Below are positions 49,861 through 59,672 of a stretch of 64,000 nt of DNA, piece after piece (within the stretch, counting starts at the first letter, position 1; each line of letters starts with the position of its first letter). The notes under the pieces were generated by a model that searched no databases, was not told the DNA's origin, and saw only the letters and a list, made by a program, of their open reading frames with translations. Position numbers and translations under genes: made by a program. The stretch covers positions 160,001 to 224,000 of the forward strand of contig CAWFJP010000029.1 in assembly GCA_963816145.1 (NCBI GenBank), given 5' to 3'. Origin of the DNA: an uncultured delta proteobacterium. GTDB taxonomy: Bacteria; Desulfobacterota; Binatia; UBA9968.

Positions 49861-50862
49861 ATGGCTTTACCACAAACATTTAAGGCGATGGTGGTTTCCG
49901 AAACCGCTGAGAAGACCTTTGTTCGCGAGATCAGGGAGCGGGCGCTGAGCGATCTGCCGGCCGGCGAGTTGATTATCGAAGTGAAATACTCGGCACTGAA
50001 TTACAAAGACGCGTTGTCGGCGACCGGCAACAAGGGCGTGACGCGCAAGTATCCGCACACCCCCGGCATCGATGCGGCTGGAGTCGTCGCCTCCTCGACG
50101 ACACGAATGTTTTCGGTGGGCGATCAAGTGACGGTGACGGGGTTCGATTTCGGCATGAATACTTCGGGCGGCTTCGGCCAGTACATCAGCGTGCCGGCAC
50201 TGTGGGCCGCTAAAGTTCCTCAGTCGATGTCGCTGCGCGACAGCATGGGCTACGGCACGGCCGGGCTCACCGCGGTGCTGTGCATGATCCGCTTGATGGC
50301 GAGCGGGCTGACCAAAGAGTCGGGTGAAGTTCTGGTCACCGGCGCCACCGGCGGCGTCGGTTGTCTCGCGGTGGCGATCCTAGCCAAGCTGGGTTTCAAC
50401 GTTGTCGCTGCCACCGGCAAGACCGAGGAAAAAGAATTCCTCACTCACTTGGGTGCCAAGACGATCATTTCACGCGAGGAAGCCAATGATACCTCGGGAC
50501 GGCCGTTGCAGAAGGGACGCTGGGCCGGGGTCGTCGATACGGTCGGCGGCAACATTCTCGCCACCGCGCTCAAAACCGCCAAGTATGGCGGCTTGGTGGC
50601 GGCCTGCGGCAATGCCATGTCGGCGGATCTCAACGTCAATGTGTTTCCATTTATTCTCCGCGGCGTGAGCCTGCTCGGCGTCGACTCGGTGGAGATCCCG
50701 ATGCGCACGCGCCAGGCGGCGTGGAGCAAACTCGCCGGCGAGTGGAGCATCGATCTGTCGAGCATTGTGAAAGAAGTGTCTCTTGAGGGGTTGAATGCCG
50801 AGATCGACAAGATTCTCAAAGGCGGCGTGCGCGGCCGAGTCGTGGTCGATCTGAGCAAATAA
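49861..50862 (+). CDS. YhdH/YhfP family (AcuI-like) quinone oxidoreductase / acryloyl-CoA reductase
   Basis: LNYKDAL, PGIDAAG, GTAGLTA, VTGATGGVG, PFILRGV.LLGVDSV. Confidence 0.9.
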   Translation: MALPQTFKAMVVSETAEKTFVREIRERALSDLPAGELIIEVKYSALNYKDALSATGNKGVTRKYPHTPGIDAAGVVASSTTRMFSVGDQVTVTGFDFGMNTSGGFGQYISVPALWAAKVPQSMSLRDSMGYGTAGLTAVLCMIRLMASGLTKESGEVLVTGATGGVGCLAVAILAKLGFNVVAATGKTEEKEFLTHLGAKTIISREEANDTSGRPLQKGRWAGVVDTVGGNILATALKTAKYGGLVAACGNAMSADLNVNVFPFILRGVSLLGVDSVEIPMRTRQAAWSKLAGEWSIDLSSIVKEVSLEGLNAEIDKILKGGVRGRVVVDLSK

Positions 50863-50876
50863 CCGAATTGGATCTT

Positions 50877-50956
50877 TCACCACGAAGGCACGAAGAGCAC
50901 GAAGTTCGGAAACGTAATTGTCCGAAACCTTCGTGTCCTTCGTGCCTTCGTGGTGA
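50877..50956. repeat. Tandem-inverted repeat, CACGAAG family
   Basis: Three CACGAAG plus three CTTCGTG units. Confidence 0.9.
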
Positions 50957-50992
50957 GTAAGCATTTCCCATTTCTGACAGCGAGGCGATATT

Positions 50993-53386
50993 TTGGCAGA
51001 CACAAATCAAATTGAGTCCGCGCTCGGTCATCTTCGGGTGATCGAGCTGGGGGATATTCCGGCATCTTATGCGACGCGACAGTTGGCCGATCTCGGCGCG
51101 GATGTCATCAAGGTCGAGCGGCCGGGCGGTGATCCCAATCGGCTGCTGCCGCCGTTTGCCGGCAATATCGAGCATTCTGAGCGCAGCTTGACGTTTATCC
51201 ATGCCAACGCCAACAAGCGCAGCATCGAACTAGATCTGGCGCATGATTCGGATCGCAGGGTGTTTGCCAAGCTGCTGGCTTCGGCGCAGCTCCTGGTCGA
51301 AGCGACGCCATTGGGATTTCTTGAAGCATTCGGTTTCAATGACGAGTCGTTACGCGAACGTTTCCCGCATCTGGCGATCGTTTCGATCACGCCGTTCGGC
51401 CGTACGGGACCTTATCGTCAGTACAAGGGCAGCGATGCGATCGCCAACGCCACCGGCGGGTTTCTCTATGGCCAGGGCGACGACAAGAAAGGCCAATGCA
51501 CGGCGCCGAGCCATCTGGCGTATCAGATGGCGGGGACGATGGCGGCAATGTTGGGGCTGGCCGCGGTGCGTCATGCGCGCGTCACCGGCGCGGGTCAGCG
51601 CATCGACATGTCGCTGCAGGAAGCGCTGACTTTCTGCAACAGCAGCAGCGTGGCGCGCTATTCGCGCGAGAATCGCTTGGAGCGGCGTCCTGGCGGTAAA
51701 GCTTACGGCGGCGCGGGAACGAACATCTATCGCTGCAAAGACGGCCGCTATGTCCACTTCACCACCAACATGCCGCATATGTGGAAGGAGTTCGCCCAGA
51801 ATTGGATGACCAGCAAAGCGCTGGCCGGGGCGGAGTGGGAGAACCCGCGTTATCGCAACGAGCATTCCGAGGAAGTCGCGCGGGCGTTCGCCGAATTTAT
51901 CGGTCAATTCGATGCCGATGATTTTGCCAATCAAGCCCAGGCCCGCCACCTCGCCGCTGCGCCGCTCAACACCATCGGCCAGTTCGTCGACTGTGAGCAG
52001 AACTTGGTCCGAGAATGGATGCAAGAACTCGATCATCCGGTGATCGGAAAATACCGATCTCCCGGCGCGCCGATGCGGCTGTCGTTGACGCCGATGCGCG
52101 TGCGCCGGCCGGCACCGCTGCTCAATCAGCATCGAAATGAGATTTTGCTTGAACTTGAGAAACTGACCGTCCACGCCGTGAAAATAGACGCAGAACATGC
52201 GCATAAGCCGATGCTGGCCGGCTTGCGCATGGCCGATCTGACGCAACAATATGCCGGGCCGTTGGGCACGGAATTGTTGGCCTACTACGGCATGGAAGTG
52301 GTCAAGATCGAGACCGGCACGATTCCCAGCAAGGAGCGCGAAGCGGCGGTGCACGCCTGCATGAACCGGGCGAAGCTCGGCGCGACCCTTAACCTGCGCA
52401 ATGCCGAAGGCAAAGAGCTGTTCAAACAGATGATCGCCAAGTCCGATGTCGTGGTCGACAATTTCAGCTCGGGCGTCGTCGAGCGCTTGGGTTTCCCCTA
52501 CGAAGTGCTGCAGCAGATCAATCCTGGTATCGTCCAGGTGGTGATGCCGGGGTGGGGTGTGACCGGGCCGCTCAAAACTTGGGTCGCCTGGGGCTGGCAG
52601 CTGCTGGCGTACACCGGCATCATGAGACTCTGGGGTTATCCCGACTCGCCGATGGAGACGCGCTGCAAGATTGCCTGGCCCGACCGCGTCGGTTCGGTGA
52701 CCATGGCGCTCGGCGTGCTCGCGGCGCTGGAATATCAGGCGCGCACCGGCAAAGGTCAGTTCATCGAGGCCGGTATGCTCGAAGCCCAGGGCGCGATGAT
52801 GGGGCCGGCGATTCTTGACTACACGGTCAATGGCAACCAATGGGACGCCATGGGTTACCAAGAAATCCTCGGCGCGCCCTACGCGCCGTACGGCGTCTAT
52901 CCTTGCGCGGGCGAAGACAATTGGATCATCATCGCCTGCGCGAGCGATTCAGAGTGGCAAAGCATGGTCGGACTGATCGGTAAGTCTTCCTGGGCCGCCG
53001 ACGCCAAGTTGGCCAGCAAAGCCGGCCGCAAAGAGTATAATGTCGAGCTTGATCGAAAACTTTGTGATTGGACGTGTAAGTTTACGCCAAAGCAAGCCTT
53101 TCGTTTGCTCCAGGAAGCCGGCGTGGCGGCCGGTATTCCGTCCTCTGGCGAATACTTGTTTCACGATATTCAGCTGCGCGCTCGCGGCCACATCGTCGAA
53201 ACCGAAGCCCAACCGTGGGGCAAGATCGCGCATCATGGCTTGCCCGGCATTCCGTCGCTGTCGCAAGCCGATGCGGCCCGACCGGCGCCGTGGATCGGTG
53301 TCAACAACGAGGAAGTATTCGGACGGATTTTAGGGTTGAGCAAAGAACGAATCGAGGCACTGCAAAGAGCCGAAGCGATCAAATAG
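50993..53386 (+). CDS. Tandem (fused) family III CoA-transferase (CaiB/BaiF)
   Basis: Two modules: LADLGADVIKVE...NKRS and LAYYGMEVVKIE...NRAK; TTG start. Confidence 0.9.
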   Translation: MADTNQIESALGHLRVIELGDIPASYATRQLADLGADVIKVERPGGDPNRLLPPFAGNIEHSERSLTFIHANANKRSIELDLAHDSDRRVFAKLLASAQLLVEATPLGFLEAFGFNDESLRERFPHLAIVSITPFGRTGPYRQYKGSDAIANATGGFLYGQGDDKKGQCTAPSHLAYQMAGTMAAMLGLAAVRHARVTGAGQRIDMSLQEALTFCNSSSVARYSRENRLERRPGGKAYGGAGTNIYRCKDGRYVHFTTNMPHMWKEFAQNWMTSKALAGAEWENPRYRNEHSEEVARAFAEFIGQFDADDFANQAQARHLAAAPLNTIGQFVDCEQNLVREWMQELDHPVIGKYRSPGAPMRLSLTPMRVRRPAPLLNQHRNEILLELEKLTVHAVKIDAEHAHKPMLAGLRMADLTQQYAGPLGTELLAYYGMEVVKIETGTIPSKEREAAVHACMNRAKLGATLNLRNAEGKELFKQMIAKSDVVVDNFSSGVVERLGFPYEVLQQINPGIVQVVMPGWGVTGPLKTWVAWGWQLLAYTGIMRLWGYPDSPMETRCKIAWPDRVGSVTMALGVLAALEYQARTGKGQFIEAGMLEAQGAMMGPAILDYTVNGNQWDAMGYQEILGAPYAPYGVYPCAGEDNWIIIACASDSEWQSMVGLIGKSSWAADAKLASKAGRKEYNVELDRKLCDWTCKFTPKQAFRLLQEAGVAAGIPSSGEYLFHDIQLRARGHIVETEAQPWGKIAHHGLPGIPSLSQADAARPAPWIGVNNEEVFGRILGLSKERIEALQRAEAIK

Positions 53387-53393
53387 GCGCGCC

Positions 53394-53582
53394 ATGAGCA
53401 GCCAAGACTCCGACGGATCGGTTCGATCGTCGGATCCTATCGCTACTGCGCCAAGCTGCCCAGTTTGCGGCGAGTTGATGGTGGTGCGCACCGCGCGCAA
53501 GGGCGAACGGGCGGGTTCGCAATTTTGGGGATGCTCGGGTTATCCGCAGTGCAGAGGCGCGCGGCCGTTTACCGCAGGCTAG
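53394..53582 (+). CDS. Topoisomerase-type C4 zinc-finger mini-protein
   Basis: CPVCGELMVVR...FWGCSGYPQC. Confidence 0.75.
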   Translation: MSSQDSDGSVRSSDPIATAPSCPVCGELMVVRTARKGERAGSQFWGCSGYPQCRGARPFTAG

Positions 53583-53640
53583 CTAGGCTCTTTATGAATG
53601 CGCGCTTTTCCAACTCGGCAACGAAGCCGGCGTCGAATAT
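53569..53640 (-). pseudogene. Relic 3' end of an SBP gene
   Basis: Translates IFDAGFVAELEKRAFIKSLASLR*, matching FMDSSFIAELEKSGFIKTLSAAR* of 53966-54976. Confidence 0.7.
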
Positions 53641-53671
53641 GCCTAGCTCTAGTTTTAGCGCGTCCGGGTTA

Positions 53672-53866
53672 TCACCCCAATGGCACCGTAACCGTTAGGT
53701 AGAGAGCGTATAGGATGCAGCCGAGGGCGAATAGGATGAGTGCCGGAACGACTAATCTATCCTCGTCAAAGGTGCCGAACTGGCAGTACAGCAATGAGAC
53801 AACCGCCATGCTTAACAACGCCCAATGCGACGCCACGGCAGAAAGGAATTCGCGCAGATTCTCCAT
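53672..53866 (-). CDS. Small two-TM hypothetical protein
   Basis: 64-aa ORF with two hydrophobic segments. Confidence 0.5.
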   Translation of the reverse strand: MENLREFLSAVASHWALLSMAVVSLLYCQFGTFDEDRLVVPALILFALGCILYALYLTVTVPLG

Positions 53867-53965
53867 TTGAGGATGGTTTATTCGCGGCCAATGCTTGAGT
53901 CAAGATGGTTTAGCGAAATTTCAATCGCGCAACCCAGCTTCATGGTAATTTACCTTGACTGCCAA

Positions 53966-54976
53966 TCAGCGCGCGGCAGAAAGAGTTTTTATGAATCCAC
54001 TCTTTTCCAGCTCGGCGATGAAGCTTGAGTCCATGAACGCTTCCGGCTTTTGCTGCCAAATCTCCGGCCGCTTCTCGGCGACGTACTCGTAGGTCGGCTG
54101 CAGCCCCTGGGTGATCGGGTAGGGAACATCAAGAAATGATTTGTGATAAATTTCGTAGGAGCCGTCGAGCAGTTCGCGATCGCTGGTCTTTAAATACTTG
54201 CTCAAGATCTTGAGGCTCGCCTCTTTGTTGGTTTTCAAAAAATGAATTCCCTCGACATGGGCTTTGACCATGCGCATGACGGTGTCGCGGTCTTCGACCG
54301 CCCATTTGCGCCGGGTCACGACCGACATGGAGGGATACGAGACTTCTTCTTTGGCTTCCCATAGGACGCGGAATCCTTTGCGTTCGGCCTGGACGTCGGC
54401 GGGATAGGAAAGGTCGGCGGCATCGACCAGGCCGTTGAACAGCGCCTGAATTCGGTCCGGCTGATTGCCGATGGATAGCAAAATCACATCGCGTCCAGGG
54501 TCGAGGCCGTATTTCTTGATGATGTAGCGTTCGAGGAAATCTCCGAGCGAGCCGAAGCCGGAGACCGCAATGCGTTTGCCGCGCAGATCCTCGGGTTTTT
54601 TGATCTCGGGCTTGACCAGTAACTTGCTTTGCACTCCGGCCACCGTGTGAGCCACGGTGACGAGATCGGCGCCGCTCAGGTCGGCGCTCATCACCGTGGT
54701 CAAGGTGCAGGGCGCGCCGAGAATGCTGTTGCCGATGATCGCCTGGGCCGACTGTCCTGAACCGCGCAACAAGACTAGCTCCGCTTCAAGGCCATACTTC
54801 TCATAGAGCTTGGCATCGTTGGCGATCCAGGGAATCCATTGCGACGCCGAAAGCGACGTCACGCCCCAGCGGAATTTTTTGATCGCAATATCTTGGGCGT
54901 CGGCGTTGCAAGTTAGCAGGAGCGAGATTCCAAGGCTCAAGAGCAAATGCTTGCTATTGTGTGTGTGATAATTCAT
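53966..54976 (-). CDS. ABC transporter substrate-binding protein (NMT1/SsuA-like)
   Basis: Signal peptide; YEKYGL, DLRGKRIAVSGFGS, ELEKSGFI. Confidence 0.9.
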   Translation of the reverse strand: MNYHTHNSKHLLLSLGISLLLTCNADAQDIAIKKFRWGVTSLSASQWIPWIANDAKLYEKYGLEAELVLLRGSGQSAQAIIGNSILGAPCTLTTVMSADLSGADLVTVAHTVAGVQSKLLVKPEIKKPEDLRGKRIAVSGFGSLGDFLERYIIKKYGLDPGRDVILLSIGNQPDRIQALFNGLVDAADLSYPADVQAERKGFRVLWEAKEEVSYPSMSVVTRRKWAVEDRDTVMRMVKAHVEGIHFLKTNKEASLKILSKYLKTSDRELLDGSYEIYHKSFLDVPYPITQGLQPTYEYVAEKRPEIWQQKPEAFMDSSFIAELEKSGFIKTLSAAR

Positions 54977-55031
54977 CGACAGCTCCGTTTCTATTCGCGC
55001 CTTAAGCCTCGTCCTTCACCCCTTACGTTTA

Positions 55032-56117
55032 TTAGATGTTGTAGAGTCTCGCCGCGTTGTCGCACATCAATTTGCGCAGTTGCCCCTCGGTCAAATTGTT
55101 TCGCCCGGTGACGGATTCCACCGTGTGGGGAAATTTGCTGTCGCCGTGATTGTAGTCCGAGGCGAACACCAGGCGGTCCTCGCCGACGGAATCCATGACG
55201 TAATTCAACGTCTGTTCGTCGGGCTCGAAGGAGTAATAGACCTGCTCGCTCGTCATGTATTCGCTCGGCGGCTTTTTCATCAGCGGCACCGCCGGCGACA
55301 TATATTCGTAATGCTCGTCCAAGCGCTCCATCCAGTAGGGCACCCAACCGGCCCCGGCTTCCAGAAAGGCGACTTTGAGCTTTGGATATCGTTCGAGGAT
55401 GCCGCCGCCGACGATGCACATGACACCGATCATCTGCTCGAAGGCGTGGGTGGTAGCGTGGACGAAATACGGATTGTCGAAGCGATCGGCGGCTGCAGCC
55501 GGGCGACCCGAGCCGACATGCACGCAAACCGGTACGCCAAGCGCCTCGGCTTTAGCGTAGAACGGATAGAGGTCGGGATGATCGAGGTTGCGCCCGGCGG
55601 AGTGGGCGGCGACAGCGACGGCGACAAAGCCCAGTTGCTTGACGCAACGTTCCAGTTCTTTAGCGGCATCGAGAGGCTCTTGCTGGGCGACTAGGGCGAC
55701 GCCTTTCAAACGGCGCGGATCGGTCTTGGAATACTCGGCGAGCCAGGTGTTGTAGCCATGGGCGATGGCGCAGGCGAGATCATGATTTTCCAGAAACGGC
55801 AGGCTCAGGAACACCGTCGTACCGAAGTTGACCGCAGTATCGATGCCTTCCATATCCATGTCTTTGAGGCGCTGCACCGGATCGAACATGCCGGTGGTCG
55901 CGCGCGGTTTACGGGTAATCGGCGCGGTGCCGATGCCGCAGCCTCGGCCGCTCGGCTTCGCCCAGATTTTTCCTTCGAGCAGCAAGTGGGTCCGGCCGTC
56001 GGCGCACGCGACCATACTGGGCGCATGCTTACGATAGGGCGGATCGAGCAGTTCCTGCCAGTTGGCATCGCGCTCCTGGACGTGGCCGTCGGCGTCGATG
56101 ATGCGTAGGTTGTTCAT
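55032..56117 (-). CDS. Amidohydrolase_2 family protein
   Basis: IDADGHV, MDMEGID, VH, FLEAGAGW, FASDYNHGD. Confidence 0.9.
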   Translation of the reverse strand: MNNLRIIDADGHVQERDANWQELLDPPYRKHAPSMVACADGRTHLLLEGKIWAKPSGRGCGIGTAPITRKPRATTGMFDPVQRLKDMDMEGIDTAVNFGTTVFLSLPFLENHDLACAIAHGYNTWLAEYSKTDPRRLKGVALVAQQEPLDAAKELERCVKQLGFVAVAVAAHSAGRNLDHPDLYPFYAKAEALGVPVCVHVGSGRPAAAADRFDNPYFVHATTHAFEQMIGVMCIVGGGILERYPKLKVAFLEAGAGWVPYWMERLDEHYEYMSPAVPLMKKPPSEYMTSEQVYYSFEPDEQTLNYVMDSVGEDRLVFASDYNHGDSKFPHTVESVTGRNNLTEGQLRKLMCDNAARLYNI

Positions 56118-56146
56118 TTGGCCTCCTAGAATTGAAAATATCGGAA

Positions 56147-56229
56147 TTCACCACGAAGGGCACGAAGATCACGAAGGTCGGAATTCAAAATTGGCGAACC
56201 CTTCGTGTCCTTCGTGCCTTCGTGGTGAA
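56147..56229. repeat. Tandem-inverted repeat, CACGAAG family
   Basis: Three CACGAAG plus three CTTCGTG units. Confidence 0.9.
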
Positions 56230-56238
56230 CAGTCCCTT

Positions 56239-57279
56239 TTACTTGCGTGTGATCGAATGCAGCAATTTGTCCCAGCTTAGCAAATCCTTCTCATACTGAT
56301 CGGTGGTTAATCCATGCTCCGGGCGCCATTTCTTAAAACCGTAATCCTTGGCACCGCTACCGTAGTAATACTTTTCTAAAACTGCTTGGCCGTCCGAACT
56401 CAAGAGAAAATCCGCCATCAAAAGTGCCGCATGGGGATGGGGCGGGTTGGCGGCGATGGCGGCGCTGCCGACGTTGGTCGGCACGAAATCCATCGGCACC
56501 CATTCCACCGGCGCGCCCTTCGACGCGGCGAGCAGCGTGTGGGTCTGAAAGATTGCCGGCGACGCGACGATCTCGCCGGACGTGATGGTGTTCACCAGTG
56601 CCGGCGCGTCGATCGAGTAAAGCTTGATCTCCTGGCCTTTGAGTTTCCTGATGAACTCTTCGCCTTTGCTCTTGATCATGGCGCCGATGATTTTGTCGCT
56701 GGTCTGGCCGATGCTGATACCCATCTTGCCCTTGAGCTGTGGATGCATCATACGTCGAAGTTTTTCGGCACCGCTTCTTGGGCACCAAGGTCTTGTTGTA
56801 CGCGAAGCCGATGTAGGATTCTCTGGCGAGTGCCCAGAAGACGAGATTTTTGTCGGCGCGCTTCTTTGCCGTCTTCGGGATAGCGGTCGAGTTGCGGCGA
56901 GTCGTAGGGGCGGAGTAGTTTTTCGTCGCGCAGAAATATCAGATTTCCCTCGGTGGTTTCGATGGCATCAGCGATGTTTCGCCTGGCTTTGGTTTCTTCC
57001 TCTTTGAGGCCAACTCCGCTTCCCGACGCGCGAAAGGAGTCGACCTTGACTCCGGGATATTTGCTTTCGAAGGCTTTGACCAGCTCTTTGTAGGAATCGC
57101 CCGCGAGGGAAGTGTACCAAATGATTTTACCTTCGCTCTTAGCGCCGTTGTAGAGTAATGCCTCGCGATCGGCGCCACGGTAGCTGGCCAGCTCCGCGAT
57201 GGTCGACGGCTTGCGCCCTTGCGCCGACGCGCTCGACGGAAGCATCAAGCGCTAAGAAAATGATATTCTGGGTCTTCAT
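56239..57279 (-). pseudogene. Extracellular solute-binding protein (Fe/thiamine-type), several frameshifts in 56750-57250
   Basis: Pieces MKTQNIIFLAL / GAKSEGKIIWYTSL / FWALARESYIGFAYN / LKGKMG...PHPHAALL align with paralog 59673-60716; RBS aggagg. Confidence 0.75.
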
Positions 57280-57786
57280 CGTTCTAGCCTCCTTTGCTGA
57301 AAAATCGCTAAAGCTGCCGGAGAATGGCCGTCCGGATAAATTCGCGATTGCCTCGAACTCGGCAGTGGGTGCTTTTGGACGAGGCCAGCGGAGTTTGACG
57401 AGTCGGGAAAAACTTGCCGAATGGGGCCTCCGGCCGTAGACGACCCGATGGCGCTCGTTTGTGGTTTTGCAATCAGGTCATGCCGGGCGCGGAGCTGTGA
57501 AGTCCTCGAGGCACCGGGAAGAAGGGGGACAGCCGTTGCAACCGCAACGCAGGGCCGCATGGAGTCTCGCTTTCACGCCAGCGCACTTGGCGAAGACAGT
57601 CGATGTAGCGATAACATCTGGCGACAAAGTCAAAAGTATGAACCGCTATCGGTTCGCGACAAGAGGCGTGGGCGATTTGTTACGCGCGCTCGGTAATCGA
57701 TCGAGAGATCTGCCACCTGGTCGCGATCAGCTGCTCTACGAGAGCCTACGTATCACATGACAGTTCTTACGCAAGACGATTTGCGG

Positions 57787-59442
57787 TCAATCGCCCGCTA
57801 ATTTCTTTCCCGCTATTTCGGACAACCTCGCGTTCGGCGTTACATATTCATGATCGGTCTGCACTTCGATCAATGCCGAGCGGTTGGCGGCGAGCGCTTT
57901 TTTGAATGCCGGTAAAAATTCTTCGTCTCGAGTGACCTTCACTCCAAGGGCGCCGTAGGACTCGCCCATGAGGGCGAAGTCGGGATTCTCCAACGCTACG
58001 CCAAGTTGGCGGCCGGGGTACTGAGCTTCCTGGTGCATGCGGATCGAGTTGTAACCTTGGTTGTTGTAAACGATCGCGATAATCGGCGCCTTGTATTGCT
58101 TGGCGGTCGCCATCTCCTGGCCGGTCATGAGAAAGCCGCCGTCGCCGATATGGGCGATGACCGTGCGATTGGGGTAGGCGAGCTTCGCCGCCACCGCGGA
58201 CGGGACGCCTGGACCCATGCAGCCAAGGGTGGGGGAGATGTAGGAGTTTGGATGATCGAATTCCAAATAACGTTGCTGCCATTGGCCGAAGCTGCCGGCG
58301 TCGGTGGTGGTGATGGCGTCGGCGGGCATGGCGGCTTTCAAGTCCATCATCACCCGCTCCATGGAGACCTTCGGTGTCGGACGTTCCTTGGGCGTGCAGA
58401 ATTCCTTTTGCGCCGCGTGCTGCTCGGCGATCCACGACCCGCGGCTCTCGTTGGGGCGCGGCGCGGGCTGTTTCAATGCGGCGAGTAGCAGTTGTTTGGC
58501 ATCGGCGACTATGGCCATTTCCGGGCGCGAATTTTGGCCGATGTTTTCTTCGTCGGCGTCAATATGCACGAACGGCTTTCCTGGGCGCGGAAACGTAAAA
58601 CCGGCAGTCGTCTGCTGGCTCAGCCTGCTGCCGAGGACGATTAATAGGTCGCTTTCTTCGTAGGCGAGGTTTTGCGCATACTTGTTCGACGTCAACATGT
58701 TGCCGGCGTAGTTCGGATGATTGTTCGGGAAGGCGTCTTGCCGTTTGTACGTGGTCAGCACCGGGAGGTGAAATTTTTCGGCGAACTCGATGACTTCCTG
58801 CCAAGCGTTCGAGTACTGCGTTCCCGAACCGATCATGAGCACCGGCTTACGCGCCGCGTTGATGCGTCCGACCAGAGATTCAACGGCCGCCGGATCGGCA
58901 TTGGGCGTGAGCGGCGGAATCGGCGCGCTCATGATGATGTCGGCGTCGCTTTCGGTGACGTCGCGCGGCAACGCCACCACCACCGGACCGGGCCGGCCGG
59001 TGCGCGCGAGATGGAACGCCCGGCTTATGATGCGCGGGATCTGCTTCGGATCGTTGATCTCGATCACCCACTTGGCGATGCTGCCGAAGAAGCGGCCGTA
59101 GTCGAGCTCTTGGCCGGCTTCGCGCCCGCGCGCGTTGCGGCTGACCTGACCGACCAACAGTACCATGGGCGCTGAATCGTATTTCGCGCTGTGGACGGCG
59201 ATGCTCGCGTTGGTCGCGCCCGGGCCGCGGGTAACGATGCAGACGCCGGGGGTGCGCGTGGCTTTGGCATAGCCCTCGGCCATGAACGCCGCGCAGCCTT
59301 CCTGGCGATTGGTGATCAGTTTGATCTCGGGGAAATTGACCAGCCCATCGACGACGGCAATGTAGCTTTCGCCCGGCACGCTGAAAATATGTTTCACGCC
59401 TTCGTTGCGCAGGCATTGAGCTACCGCATGACCACCAAGCAT
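57787..59442 (-). CDS. Thiamine pyrophosphate-binding protein (acetolactate synthase-like)
   Basis: VPGES, RQEG.AAFMAEG, RGPGATN, GDGGFLM...NN. Confidence 0.92.
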   Translation of the reverse strand: MLGGHAVAQCLRNEGVKHIFSVPGESYIAVVDGLVNFPEIKLITNRQEGCAAFMAEGYAKATRTPGVCIVTRGPGATNASIAVHSAKYDSAPMVLLVGQVSRNARGREAGQELDYGRFFGSIAKWVIEINDPKQIPRIISRAFHLARTGRPGPVVVALPRDVTESDADIIMSAPIPPLTPNADPAAVESLVGRINAARKPVLMIGSGTQYSNAWQEVIEFAEKFHLPVLTTYKRQDAFPNNHPNYAGNMLTSNKYAQNLAYEESDLLIVLGSRLSQQTTAGFTFPRPGKPFVHIDADEENIGQNSRPEMAIVADAKQLLLAALKQPAPRPNESRGSWIAEQHAAQKEFCTPKERPTPKVSMERVMMDLKAAMPADAITTTDAGSFGQWQQRYLEFDHPNSYISPTLGCMGPGVPSAVAAKLAYPNRTVIAHIGDGGFLMTGQEMATAKQYKAPIIAIVYNNQGYNSIRMHQEAQYPGRQLGVALENPDFALMGESYGALGVKVTRDEEFLPAFKKALAANRSALIEVQTDHEYVTPNARLSEIAGKKLAGD

Positions 59443-59672
59443 GGAATGTCTCCTCGTAAGACTAATTTGGCTGAGACTGCTGCGAACCTCAGGTCCAGTA
59501 TTTAGAAACGGTTAACTGCCCTATAGTCCGACTGGCGCGCGGCTGTCAATGAATCAATTTTGTCAGCGCAGAATAAACCGCTTGCCAGCGTCATCGGCAA
59601 AGTGATAACTGGCGGACAGATATTTGTTGCGCACAATCTATTCTTGCTCGCTGACGGTGAAGGAGTGAAACA

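Noticed and set aside
29244-52861. Long antisense or alternate-frame ORFs (e.g. 29244-30473, 51350-52861)
   Set aside because: Shadow ORFs expected from high GC3 codon bias over well-supported genes.
1262-56229. CACGAAG and other periodic repeats as CRISPR arrays
   Set aside because: Units are 7-9 nt, mirrored, without unique spacers; no cas genes.
57300-57780. Short ORFs or a riboswitch upstream of the frameshifted SBP
   Set aside because: No recognisable TPP/cobalamin riboswitch consensus or protein motif; possibly a decayed gene.
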